NCBI GenBank assembly: GCA_024232295.1
Contig: JAAEPT010000154.1
Coordinates: 9,612 to 73,611, forward strand
Origin: Cytophagales bacterium
GTDB taxonomy: Bacteria; Bacteroidota; Bacteroidia; Cytophagales; JAAEPT01
Reading direction: 5' to 3'
DNA length: 64,000 nt
Shown: piece after piece, positions 27,800 through 36,810 of the stretch
Position numbering within the stretch: the stretch's first letter is position 1
Layout of the letters: each line of letters opens with the position of its first letter
The notes under the pieces: model-generated
The model's input: only the letters and a program-made list of their open reading frames with translations
Told to the model about the DNA's origin: nothing
The model's database searches: none
Position numbers and translations under genes: made by a program

Positions 27800-29014
27800 A
27801 TGCAATCGCCCAAAGATTTAAAAATAGAAGATTTCACATATACTCTTCCAGATGAGAAAATTGCTAAATTTCCATTGGAACAAAGAGATGAATCAAAATT
27901 ATTGGTTTACAATGATTCTATAATTCAAGAAAGCATTTTCAAGAATATTGAAGAATATTTACCAGACAATAGTACCTTGATATTCAACAATACTAAAGTA
28001 GTATATGCACGTCTTCTTTTTCAAAATCAGAATGGAGCAACTATTGAATTTTTCTGCTTGGAACCCGCTCATGAAGTAGATGTTCAACAAGCAATGTTAC
28101 AAACACATTCTGCTCAATGGAATTGTTTAATAGGCAAGGCAAAAAAATTTAAGGAAGAGTTCTTAACACAAAGCAAAACAATCAATGATGAGGAAATTAC
28201 ATTGACTGTAAAATTGATTGAGCGAAAAGATGGGTATTTTGAAGTTGATTATTCTTGGGGAAATGAATTAACATTTGCTGAAATCTTAAAGGAATTTGGG
28301 AATATTCCTTTACCTCCTTACTTCAAAAGAAAAGCAGAAGAAAGTGACAAAGACCGTTATCAGACTGTCTATGCTCAAAATGATGGTTCTGTGGCTGCTC
28401 CTACTGCTGGACTTCATTTTACAGAACAAGTTTTTGATACTTTGCACCAAAAAGGAATTACTACTGAGAGTGTAATTTTGCATGTGGGAGCAGGAACTTT
28501 CCAACCAGTGAAAAGTGAGACACTAGAAGGACATAATATGCATTATGAAGAGATTATTGTTGAAAAGAAATTGTTGGAGAAATTGAGTCATGAAGATAAA
28601 TTTATAACAGTAGTTGGAACAACTTCTTTGCGTACTATTGAAAGTCTGTATTGGATTGGGTTAAAACTTCATTTAGACTCAGAAACTACACCAACTGTAA
28701 CACAATGGGAGCCTTATGAATTGGTAGATCAAGCAATAATTAGCTACCAAGAGGCTATGAAAGCTATTATTCAATATTTAAATCAAAACGAACTTGATTT
28801 CTTACAGACCAAAACACAATTATTGATTGCCCCAAGTTATCAATTGAGAGGTGCTGATGCTATTATTACAAACTTTCATCAACCTAATAGTACATTGCTT
28901 TTACTAGTTTCCACATTTATTGGTGAAGACTGGAAAAAAGTATATGATTATGCTCTCAATAATGATTTCCGTTTCTTAAGCTATGGAGATAGCTCTTTAT
29001 TATTTAAAAAATGA
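27800..29014 (+). CDS. queA: S-adenosylmethionine:tRNA ribosyltransferase-isomerase
   Basis: DFTYTLPDEKIAKFPLEQRDESKLLV...DRYQTVYA...GSVAAPTAGLHFT. Start ATG 27800 (or 27794). Confidence 0.9.
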   Translation: MQSPKDLKIEDFTYTLPDEKIAKFPLEQRDESKLLVYNDSIIQESIFKNIEEYLPDNSTLIFNNTKVVYARLLFQNQNGATIEFFCLEPAHEVDVQQAMLQTHSAQWNCLIGKAKKFKEEFLTQSKTINDEEITLTVKLIERKDGYFEVDYSWGNELTFAEILKEFGNIPLPPYFKRKAEESDKDRYQTVYAQNDGSVAAPTAGLHFTEQVFDTLHQKGITTESVILHVGAGTFQPVKSETLEGHNMHYEEIIVEKKLLEKLSHEDKFITVVGTTSLRTIESLYWIGLKLHLDSETTPTVTQWEPYELVDQAIISYQEAMKAIIQYLNQNELDFLQTKTQLLIAPSYQLRGADAIITNFHQPNSTLLLLVSTFIGEDWKKVYDYALNNDFRFLSYGDSSLLFKK

Positions 29015-29021
29015 AACTCTG

Positions 29022-29052
29022 CTCAACAAAAACAGGTCTTGTTTTTGTTGAG
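29022..29052 (+). terminator. 13-bp perfect hairpin after queA (no clean U-tract)
   Basis: CTCAACAAAAACA-ggtct-TGTTTTTGTTGAG. Confidence 0.4.
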
Positions 29053-29087
29053 AGGACTCAAAATAATTAACAAAAACATAGAAGGTT

Positions 29088-30542
29088 ATGAAATTCAGAC
29101 ATTTCGCGATTATTGGCTTGTCTCTTTTTAGTTTTGTTTCATTTGCACAAACAACACTATTCACAAAAGAGCAATTAAATGCAAAAAAAGCATATTATTC
29201 AGTTTATTCAGCACAACAAGTTCGACATTCAGAACAAGTATATCGTTTATCAATCAGAAAAAAGGTATTTCCTTCCTCTTTAAAAAAATTTAAAAACTTA
29301 CAATCTATTTCATTTGTATACAAGAAAGCAAAAAGTATCCCTGAACATATTGGTGAATTAAAAAACTTGCAATACCTAGAATTAGGTGGTAATCAGCTCA
29401 CATCATTACCTAAAAGCATTAAAAACTTACAAAATCTTCGTGAATTAAAAATTAGCAACAACAAATTAACAAAGATTCCTGCTGAGGTTTTTGAATTGAA
29501 GAACTTAGAAGTATTAAGAATATCAGGAAATCAAATCACAGAAATTCCTGACAAAATTAAGAACCTTAAAAACCTAAGAGTATTAGAGATTGACAACAAC
29601 CCTATTAAAAGCCTTCCTAATAGTATTGGTAGTTTGACTAAATTAGAAAGGCTAAATATTTCTAATACTAAAATTTCTTCTTTTCCTACAGAAATGGGAA
29701 ACCTAAAAGCCTTAAGAAAACTCTCTTTTAACGAAATTCCTTTGAAATCTATCCCTACAAGTTTCAAAAACTTATCAGAAGATTTAATAATGTCTTACTA
29801 TAACATTGATTTAAACAAGTTTTCTACTGAAGGAAAAAATATTGTATTGAATCACACTCTGTTTTATGGAATAGAAGAAGCAATCAAAAACCCAAAACAA
29901 GTTCGTTTTTTAAGCTTACATGAACATGGAATGTCTAAATTTCCTGAAAAAATCATCAAGTTTACAAATCTTAAAGAATTAGACTTGAGTTATAATAATT
30001 TCTCTTCTTTTCCTAAAGAGATTGAACAACTGAGCAAACTCAAAAAATTATCTTTGTCAGGAAATAACCTAAGTAAATTACCTAAAAACCTAACAAAATT
30101 AACAAGTTTAGAAAGTCTTAATTTAGATGGAAATGAGTTTACAAAAGTTCCTTCACTTACTAAATTGAAGAACTTAAAAGAGCTTGATTTAACCCACAAT
30201 AAGCTTACTACATTACCTAAGCATATTGCTAAACTTCCAAAATTAGAAAGTTTAAATTTATCTCAGAATAATCTTCAAAAAACTCCAGAGGTTGTTTATG
30301 AATGTATCAACTTAAAGAAATTAGATATCTCCAGTACAGAAATACGCAGCTTAGGCAAATCATTTCGTAAACTACAAAAACTAGAATATTTAGACATTTC
30401 ATACAATGGTTTTACAACAATCCCTCAAAGCTTATTGGGAGATATGAAAGAACTAAAAGTTGTTGATGTAAGAGGTAAAAAATTACGTTATGCTAACCCT
30501 CCTGTAATTAAAGGTATTGTTATTATTGCTCAAGATTATTAA
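29088..30542 (+). CDS. secreted leucine-rich-repeat protein, two LRR modules (paralog A)
   Basis: Signal peptide MKFRHFAIIGLSLFSFVSFAQ. About 23-aa LxxLxxLxLxxNxLxxLPxxI repeats in two blocks, each opened by a Y..A...P.QV..L.L cap. Confidence 0.8.
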   Translation: MKFRHFAIIGLSLFSFVSFAQTTLFTKEQLNAKKAYYSVYSAQQVRHSEQVYRLSIRKKVFPSSLKKFKNLQSISFVYKKAKSIPEHIGELKNLQYLELGGNQLTSLPKSIKNLQNLRELKISNNKLTKIPAEVFELKNLEVLRISGNQITEIPDKIKNLKNLRVLEIDNNPIKSLPNSIGSLTKLERLNISNTKISSFPTEMGNLKALRKLSFNEIPLKSIPTSFKNLSEDLIMSYYNIDLNKFSTEGKNIVLNHTLFYGIEEAIKNPKQVRFLSLHEHGMSKFPEKIIKFTNLKELDLSYNNFSSFPKEIEQLSKLKKLSLSGNNLSKLPKNLTKLTSLESLNLDGNEFTKVPSLTKLKNLKELDLTHNKLTTLPKHIAKLPKLESLNLSQNNLQKTPEVVYECINLKKLDISSTEIRSLGKSFRKLQKLEYLDISYNGFTTIPQSLLGDMKELKVVDVRGKKLRYANPPVIKGIVIIAQDY

Positions 30543-30571
30543 TGATACAACTATAATAGAAATATTTTATC

Positions 30572-30598
30572 AGGTCGAGATTTTCTCGACCTTTTTTC
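30572..30598 (+). terminator. rho-independent terminator
   Basis: AGGTCGAG-atttt-CTCGACCT followed by TTTTTT. Confidence 0.7.
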
Positions 30599-30653
30599 AT
30601 TTATAACTGTTATGCTCTTCTAAGAAATAGTTTGGAAAAGTTAGAATACATCT

Positions 30654-30661
30654 TATTTTTG
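30654..30661 (+). promoter_or_regulatory. candidate -7 promoter box (TAnnTTTG) with upstream TTG
   Basis: TATTTTTG, 36 nt before ATG 30697. TTG at 30632..30634. Confidence 0.35.
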
Positions 30662-30696
30662 TCACACCCAAACAAAACAATACAAAATAATAAATT

Positions 30697-32148
30697 ATGA
30701 AAATCAGCCATTTAGCCCTTATTGGTTTATCGTTTTTCAGCTTCCTTTCCTTTGGACAAGGAAAACTGTTAACAGAGCAGGAATTAGCAAAAAAGAAGTC
30801 GTTCTATTCTCTTAAAAAGGCATTTGCACACCCTGACCAAGTATACAAATTGTGGGTACCGAAACGAGAAACACTTCCACAAGATTTAAGCATTTTTAAA
30901 AATCTTCAAGAACTATCTCTTGGACACAGAAAAATGACTAAACTACCAAAAGGAATTGATAAGTTAACAAACTTGCAAGTATTGAATTTGGAAGGAAACG
31001 AATTAAGTTCTTTACCAGCTAATATCAAAATCTTTAAATATTTAAAGTTTTTGAATATTGGGAATAATCAGTTCAAAAAACTTCCTTCTAATATTACTTC
31101 ATTACAGAACTTGGAAAAATTAGAAGTAAATAAAAACCAACTAACCGAACTACCCAATAATATTGGCAAACTAAGTAAATTAAAAGAACTGGTCGTTTTT
31201 AATAATCCAATAAAGGTAATTCCTTCAAGTATTGGAAACCTTAAGAACTTAGAGAGATTAGATATTTCTAATACAAAAATTACTACACTACCTAGTGAAT
31301 TTGGAAACTTAAAAAAACTGGTAAGTTTAGGGCTTGGAGAATTAACTTTAAAGTCTGTTCCTACTAGTTTTACAACACTTTCAGATGATTTATTAATTGA
31401 CAATTATGAGCTAAATATTAAGAAACTTTCAAAAGAAGTACAAGATTTTATCATAGGGCATATCGTTTTTTATTCGGTAAAAGAAGCAATGAAGTACCCT
31501 ACACAAGTACGCCTTCTTAACTTGAATGAACATGGTCTGACAAAGTTTCCAAAAAATATCACAAAATTGGTAAACCTTGTAGAGTTGGATTTGAATTATA
31601 ACCAATTCTCTTCTTTGCCAAAAGAAATCACCAAGCTTACAAAGCTCAAAAAACTTCACCTTGGAGGAAATAATCTTACTACATTACCTTCAAGTATGTC
31701 TAAGATGCAAAACCTAGAATTATTGGATCTACACTATAATAAGTTTACAACAGTACCAAAAGTCATCACCAAATTGGTCAATTTAAAGAAACTAGATTTA
31801 TCAAATACACCAGCTAGTAAATTTCCAAAAGAAATGATGAATTTGACCAAACTAGAAGAATTGAATTTATCTGGAGTTAAAATGACAAATATTCCAGAAA
31901 ATGTTTTGAATATTACGAGCCTAAAACAATTAACAGTATCAAGTACAGGATTATCTAGTTTATCTGACAACATACAAAACCTAAAAAACTTAGAATACCT
32001 TGATATTTCTAGTAATAAATTGAGCACCTTACCAGAATCAATTAATAAGTTAAAAAACTTAAAAACAATAGATGCACGATATAATAAATTAGTCTCGAGA
32101 CCTCGTCTATCAGTAGTAGGACTTAGATTACTTACAACTGGAAGATAA
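30697..32148 (+). CDS. secreted leucine-rich-repeat protein, two LRR modules (paralog B)
   Basis: Colinear with paralog A over its full length (MKISHLALIGLSFFSFLSFGQ..., same cap and block layout). Confidence 0.8.
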   Translation: MKISHLALIGLSFFSFLSFGQGKLLTEQELAKKKSFYSLKKAFAHPDQVYKLWVPKRETLPQDLSIFKNLQELSLGHRKMTKLPKGIDKLTNLQVLNLEGNELSSLPANIKIFKYLKFLNIGNNQFKKLPSNITSLQNLEKLEVNKNQLTELPNNIGKLSKLKELVVFNNPIKVIPSSIGNLKNLERLDISNTKITTLPSEFGNLKKLVSLGLGELTLKSVPTSFTTLSDDLLIDNYELNIKKLSKEVQDFIIGHIVFYSVKEAMKYPTQVRLLNLNEHGLTKFPKNITKLVNLVELDLNYNQFSSLPKEITKLTKLKKLHLGGNNLTTLPSSMSKMQNLELLDLHYNKFTTVPKVITKLVNLKKLDLSNTPASKFPKEMMNLTKLEELNLSGVKMTNIPENVLNITSLKQLTVSSTGLSSLSDNIQNLKNLEYLDISSNKLSTLPESINKLKNLKTIDARYNKLVSRPRLSVVGLRLLTTGR

Positions 32149-32166
32149 TTTTTGGGTTATGCCAAT

Positions 32167-32204
32167 AAAAAAGAGGATAATCAACAGTAGATTATCCTCT
32201 TTTT
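32167..32204. terminator. bidirectional terminator
   Basis: AAAAAAGAGGATAAT ... ATTATCCTCTTTTT between convergent genes. Confidence 0.7.
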
Positions 32205-32230
32205 GTTTTTCTATGTTTGGTTACAATGAA

Positions 32231-32575
32231 CTAACCATTATTGTTATTATTATTGTTTGAGCTTCCTCCTCCAGAACCTCTTCTTTTACCACTTCCACTC
32301 CCCATAGAAATAAAATGAGGAACTGAAATTTCTGAAATCCTATTTCCATCAAACTTATAAGCCAATTCTTGCTCTTTTTGTGCAAAGTTTGTTTTAGTAT
32401 CTAATAATGTATCCCCTTCAAATAAGTATAACTTATTTTCTTTAGCAATTACATAACGATTTTCACCTTCTGCAAAAAAAGTTTTTAGTGTTTCTTGTTC
32501 TACTTTTTCTGCATTTCCAACAAAACTAAAAAATAGCTCAAGGTTTTTAGATAAGCGAGTGTTTACTATTGTCAT
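32231..32575 (-). CDS. hypothetical protein with Gly/Ser/Asn low-complexity C-terminal tail
   Basis: 114 aa. Ordinary-looking ~90-aa N-terminal region, then ...SMGSGSGKRRGSGGGSSNNNNNNNG. Confidence 0.5.
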   Translation of the reverse strand: MTIVNTRLSKNLELFFSFVGNAEKVEQETLKTFFAEGENRYVIAKENKLYLFEGDTLLDTKTNFAQKEQELAYKFDGNRISEISVPHFISMGSGSGKRRGSGGGSSNNNNNNNG

Positions 32576-32642
32576 AATTCCCTTTATTTAATATAAAAAT
32601 ATTTAAGTGCCTAATGACAATATACTCAACTATTTATTAAGC

Positions 32643-33131
32643 TCAAAATTTACTGTATTTCTGTATCTCCTTCTTTGGTTGCCTTTTCTTTTTCTTCTTA
32701 TTTATAGTTAAACGATAACCACAAGTTGCCATAAAAGTAGAATAAAAAGAGATACCTCCTCCCAAACCTCCTTCAAGTGACCAAATCCATTGTCCATATT
32801 TTCGCTCTGATAAATTGATTTGAGTATAAAAATGAAGCGGAAAAGGACGAACTCCAAAAATAATTGAGATCCCTTTTTCTTTATCGATATAAGTACCCAT
32901 ACCAATTTTTGCTGTCGCCAAGCTTGGTAAAGCAAAACCTATTTCAGTATCTAAAATAATATCTTTGTTCAAATCAAATTGATGACCATACAAAAAAGAG
33001 GTTCCTGGAAAAATAGTTCCATAGAAGTACTCATCATCAAGAGAAGCCACTCCTACATTGAATTCAAAATATGATTTAGCTGATGCAAAAAACGATGAAA
33101 TAACCAATAACAATACTAATATATTTTTCAT
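32643..33131 (-). CDS. putative small outer-membrane beta-barrel protein with Lys-rich tail
   Basis: Start at MKNILVLLLVISSFFASAKS (ATG 33131). Alternating hydrophobic strands. Tail INKKKKKRQPKKEIQKYSKF ends in Phe. Confidence 0.5.
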   Translation of the reverse strand: MKNILVLLLVISSFFASAKSYFEFNVGVASLDDEYFYGTIFPGTSFLYGHQFDLNKDIILDTEIGFALPSLATAKIGMGTYIDKEKGISIIFGVRPFPLHFYTQINLSERKYGQWIWSLEGGLGGGISFYSTFMATCGYRLTINKKKKKRQPKKEIQKYSKF

Positions 33132-33302
33132 TTCTTCTATGTTTAAATGATAACTCAAAAGTATATAAGTACCCTAAAAACATAAAATGGAATAGCACAG
33201 TATAGTTTTTCAATTTTTGTAATTATTACATAATTACCTCAAAAGCATTATTCTTTTTGCAAAAAATACCAGAATAATAGGAGACGAATCTATCATTTTG
33301 CA

Positions 33303-33339
33303 ATATTCAATAATTTTTTCACTTGGAATTATTGAATAT
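33303..33339 (-). promoter_or_regulatory. perfect 13-bp inverted repeat just downstream of the radical-SAM gene
   Basis: ATATTCAATAATT-ttttcacttgg-AATTATTGAATAT, 19 nt after the stop at 33358. AT-rich stem with no U-tract, so it is a weak terminator or a protein-binding site. Confidence 0.35.
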
Positions 33340-33357
33340 CGCAAAACATATTATTGC

Positions 33358-35196
33358 TTATTTGATCCAATAAAATTCAATATTCTGAAAAGGGAGATTA
33401 ATTGCTTGAATATGATAAAAGGCATTTTCCTTCTGCTTTTGATAATGATAGTTTCTCAAGTCATTTGTGGTAATAAAGAAGTTGTTCAATACACCTTCCA
33501 AAAATGTAGACTCATACATTTTCAACAATGGTGTAACATCAACAATCATTTTGTCTTCTTTTTGTTCCAATAAATTATAAAAAACTTGATGAGTAAATGT
33601 ATGTTCTTGCTTAGTTCTTTGTTCATCACCATAAACAACCTTTGTATCTCGTAGCATCATCAGACATAAAGTGTTTCTGATAAGCTCTTTTGCATTGACA
33701 TCAAAAAAATCTTTGTGAATATGTAATCTAATTTGACTGTCACTATAAATAAATAGAACTTCACGTTTCACTTTCAAAACTTGTGATTCTAATGGATAAA
33801 ATTCACCATCTACTTCCAACTGGATAGCTGTATTTGAATACAATGTTGCCAAAATATTGTCTTGCTCAATAATTGAAACCAAAGCATTTTTCTCTTCTTT
33901 CAAATCATTTGGTAGTACTAGAGATCGATCATCTGGCTTGTAGTTAAACATTGCCTGAGGATGATTATCTGTTAACAACTCTCTTAACCCTTCTTTTTGT
34001 TCTTTTTCATTCTCTGCCATGATTGATAACTCAGGAAAATCCTTATACAATTCTTGTTGTACTTCACAAGTGTATGATTTTGCATTTTGCTGTTCGTACT
34101 TCACAAAAGGGCAACCAGTATTACAAGTATTGAGGTGAGAGCAACCTTTACAATCCTCATCCAACCCTAAATCATTGTGAATCTTTTGTATTTTATTGAC
34201 TGCATTATCTAATATCTCTTCTACACTATCCTTAAAAATATTTCCATAATGAAAAGCCTCAACACCTTGTCCACGTACACAAGAATAAATTTCTCCATCC
34301 CCTTGTAACAGAAAGAACTTTTCACCACAATTCACAGAGTTTGTACAAAAAGCAGGAGTGAATTCTTCAAACCATTTTGTATTCAATCCCTGTTCAAGCT
34401 CTGTCCCTCCAAAGGTTTCTTTCATTTTGTTATAGAATGCTACTTGCTTCTCTCCATCTAACGTCTCCAGCTCTGTCTCATATTCTCCTTGAAATTTCTC
34501 ATCATTTAATTCCGATTCAAAACCAAACATGAAGTTATAATTGTTCATGTCAAAGCCTATATCTTTGTGTATTCTCCAAATATCCTCAATAATTTCATCC
34601 ATTTTTTCATAGTGCTCTTGACAAATTACACTTGAAAATTTCTTACGATGTGGATAGTTTGCTAACAATCTTAAGTTCTCTAAAGTACGCTCTAGTGTTG
34701 ATTTTCCCATTTTATTGGTTCTATACTTCTCATGAAGTAAAAGTGGCAAATCAATACTAGCACTTATCGAAACTTGATACTTTTCAAACAGATCAGCAAA
34801 TTTGTGAAAATTGAATAAGTTCGTCTTAATGTGAGGAGTATCTTTCTTGAAACCAAACTTCTCAAGTTCTGATCGGTAGTTATTATAATAATCTAAAATA
34901 AATTGAAAAAGTTGGGCAAGTGTTTCTTCCTTAAGAACAGTTACCTCTCCTCCATGTAATGAAACATTAAAAGGAAGTACACCTGCTTTTGTAAACTTAT
35001 TAACAGCATACTCCAAAGTATCCAGAGCTTGTTTGTTTTCTTTAGGTAAATGTCCTGTATCAGTTTGTGATCCCAAATAACAATAACTACATCCTAGATT
35101 ACAGTACAAAGTAGGGACATAAAGTAAGTGAATTGTTTTGTGAAAAGGACTTTCTATCTTTTCTATTACTGGTATTGTAGAACCTTGCATTTCCAT
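33358..35196 (-). CDS. radical SAM / SPASM-domain enzyme with long uncharacterised C-terminal extension
   Basis: CNLGCSYC (CX3CX2C) near the N-terminus, and HGGEV. Auxiliary-cluster Cys pattern CTNSVNC...GEIYSC...CKGCSHLNTCNTGC. About 220 further residues with no recognisable motif. Confidence 0.85.
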   Translation of the reverse strand: MEMQGSTIPVIEKIESPFHKTIHLLYVPTLYCNLGCSYCYLGSQTDTGHLPKENKQALDTLEYAVNKFTKAGVLPFNVSLHGGEVTVLKEETLAQLFQFILDYYNNYRSELEKFGFKKDTPHIKTNLFNFHKFADLFEKYQVSISASIDLPLLLHEKYRTNKMGKSTLERTLENLRLLANYPHRKKFSSVICQEHYEKMDEIIEDIWRIHKDIGFDMNNYNFMFGFESELNDEKFQGEYETELETLDGEKQVAFYNKMKETFGGTELEQGLNTKWFEEFTPAFCTNSVNCGEKFFLLQGDGEIYSCVRGQGVEAFHYGNIFKDSVEEILDNAVNKIQKIHNDLGLDEDCKGCSHLNTCNTGCPFVKYEQQNAKSYTCEVQQELYKDFPELSIMAENEKEQKEGLRELLTDNHPQAMFNYKPDDRSLVLPNDLKEEKNALVSIIEQDNILATLYSNTAIQLEVDGEFYPLESQVLKVKREVLFIYSDSQIRLHIHKDFFDVNAKELIRNTLCLMMLRDTKVVYGDEQRTKQEHTFTHQVFYNLLEQKEDKMIVDVTPLLKMYESTFLEGVLNNFFITTNDLRNYHYQKQKENAFYHIQAINLPFQNIEFYWIK

Positions 35197-35241
35197 ACAA
35201 AAAAAGTGTTTTATTGAATTGACATTCTTTCAATATACAAA

Positions 35242-36807
35242 ATGGTAATAATATTCACAAAATCTTATGATGGTGATTTTGTATACATTAACAAAAGCAA
35301 CAAAATGCTCAAACAACTAAAAAACAACCACTTACAAAAAAACACTAGTATTTACATCACTTGTAATAACCAACTTCATATACTATATTTGCGACCCCAA
35401 ACACACATTACTACAAATTTGGCAAATAAATTCATAGAATTACTAAAGAGAAAAAGCAAAGGAATTGGTATTATATCTTATCCTTTGAGAGTTGTAGGTT
35501 ATATTTATGCAGTAATTGTAGTTTATGCTCATTACCATAGACTAAATTCTTTTGAAACAACAGGTATTTTTTTGATTGCATGGCTATTAGTTTATCCTCA
35601 TTTGCTATTATTAATCTATAAACTTAGTGGAGACAATCGAAAACTAGGAAATATTTCCCTCTCTATAGATATCTTCATTGCAACATGGGTCTTTGTAGAA
35701 GTTGACTTTATGTATATGCCTGTATTTACACTATTTACCTTGACTGTTGCCAATATGGTTTCTGTTCGAGGAGTTAAAGCAGCTCTTCATCTTCCTCTAG
35801 TTGTAATAGCAGGAATAGGTTTCTGGGGATTGTTCCATGAAATACATTTTGAAACAAAAGGTATTGTATTAATTGATGTAATTAGCTTAGTATCCATCTT
35901 CGTTTATTTCATTTTTTATGCAAATACAATTAATAGACACATTTTAAAGAACAAGAAAAAATCTATTGATACTATAGAAGAACAACAAGAAGAAATTAAA
36001 GCTCAAAATGAGCATCTATTAGAAAAATCAAATCAACTTGAATTGGCAATCAATAAATTGACAGACTCAATTAATTATGCAAAAAATATTCAAGAAGCAA
36101 TGTTACCATCTATTGAGGCATTTAATCACACATTTAGTGATGGTTTCATTTTTTTCCAACCAAGAGAAGAATTAAGTGGTGATTTTTATTGGTTTGAAAC
36201 CATTGGAGATGAAACAATAATTGCTGCTGTAGACTGTACAGGGCATGGAATACCAGGAGCTTTAATGTCAATGATTGGTAATGATTTATTGACAGAAATT
36301 GTCAAATTCAGAAAAATCACTCAACCAGATAAAATTCTATTTGAGCTAGATAAAAGTATTCAGAAGGTTTTGAGGCAAGAAGAAACTCAAAACAGAGATG
36401 GAATGGATATGGCTCTATGTACATTCAATTCCAAAACTAAAAAACTACTATTTAGTGGCTCTAACAATCCTATGATTTGTATTTCAGATGGTGAACCTAC
36501 CTTCACAAAAGGGACTAAAGCTCCAGTAGGAGGATTTTTGGACTTTGGGAAAAGGGAATATGAATTACATGAATTCGATCTAAAAAGTAAAACCACTGTA
36601 TACTTGTATAGTGATGGTTATCATGATCAATTTGGAGGAGAAAAAGGAAAAAAATTCTTATCAAAAAAGCTAAGAGAATTACTAATTGCTAACCATGATC
36701 AGCCTCATAGTGTACAACATGAAATCATTGATAATACTATGAAGGAATGGATGAAGGATGAAGAACAAATTGATGATATGTTGATTATAGGAATTGTACT
36801 CAACTAG
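35242..36807 (+). CDS. membrane-anchored PP2C (SpoIIE-type) protein phosphatase
   Basis: About 6 TM helices, a coiled coil (EEQQEEIKAQNEHLLEKSNQLELAINKL), then SGDFYWFE...AAVDCTGHGIPGALMSMIG...IDDMLIIG. True start may be ATG 35305 or in-frame TTG 35419, downstream of a TATATTTG box at 35384. Confidence 0.8.
   Translation: MVIIFTKSYDGDFVYINKSNKMLKQLKNNHLQKNTSIYITCNNQLHILYLRPQTHITTNLANKFIELLKRKSKGIGIISYPLRVVGYIYAVIVVYAHYHRLNSFETTGIFLIAWLLVYPHLLLLIYKLSGDNRKLGNISLSIDIFIATWVFVEVDFMYMPVFTLFTLTVANMVSVRGVKAALHLPLVVIAGIGFWGLFHEIHFETKGIVLIDVISLVSIFVYFIFYANTINRHILKNKKKSIDTIEEQQEEIKAQNEHLLEKSNQLELAINKLTDSINYAKNIQEAMLPSIEAFNHTFSDGFIFFQPREELSGDFYWFETIGDETIIAAVDCTGHGIPGALMSMIGNDLLTEIVKFRKITQPDKILFELDKSIQKVLRQEETQNRDGMDMALCTFNSKTKKLLFSGSNNPMICISDGEPTFTKGTKAPVGGFLDFGKREYELHEFDLKSKTTVYLYSDGYHDQFGGEKGKKFLSKKLRELLIANHDQPHSVQHEIIDNTMKEWMKDEEQIDDMLIIGIVLN
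35384..35391 (+). promoter_or_regulatory. candidate -7 promoter box (TAnnTTTG) with TTG at 35361
   Basis: TATATTTG lies inside the 5' part of the track ORF. If functional, the phosphatase starts at TTG 35419 (MANKFIELLKRKSK...). Confidence 0.3.
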
Positions 36808-36810
36808 CAC

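Noticed and set aside
29088-32148. Regular ~69-nt periodicity as a possible CRISPR-like or tandem-repeat array
   Set aside because: The periodicity comes from protein-level LRR units inside two long ORFs. The DNA repeats are degenerate, not identical, and there are no spacers or cas genes.
33298-33573. 91-aa plus-strand ORF overlapping the 3' end of the radical-SAM gene
   Set aside because: It is antisense to a gene with strong motifs, and its 5' end lies inside the 13-bp inverted repeat. I considered it as a possible precursor peptide, but it is on the wrong strand and has no leader/core features.
35197-35420. Search for a small precursor-peptide ORF upstream of the radical-SAM gene (minus strand)
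   Set aside because: Only 9- to 15-codon ORFs are present, for example MKLVITSDVNTSVFL* and MCVWGRKYSI*. They have no leader-like or Cys/Gly-rich core features, so none is reportable.
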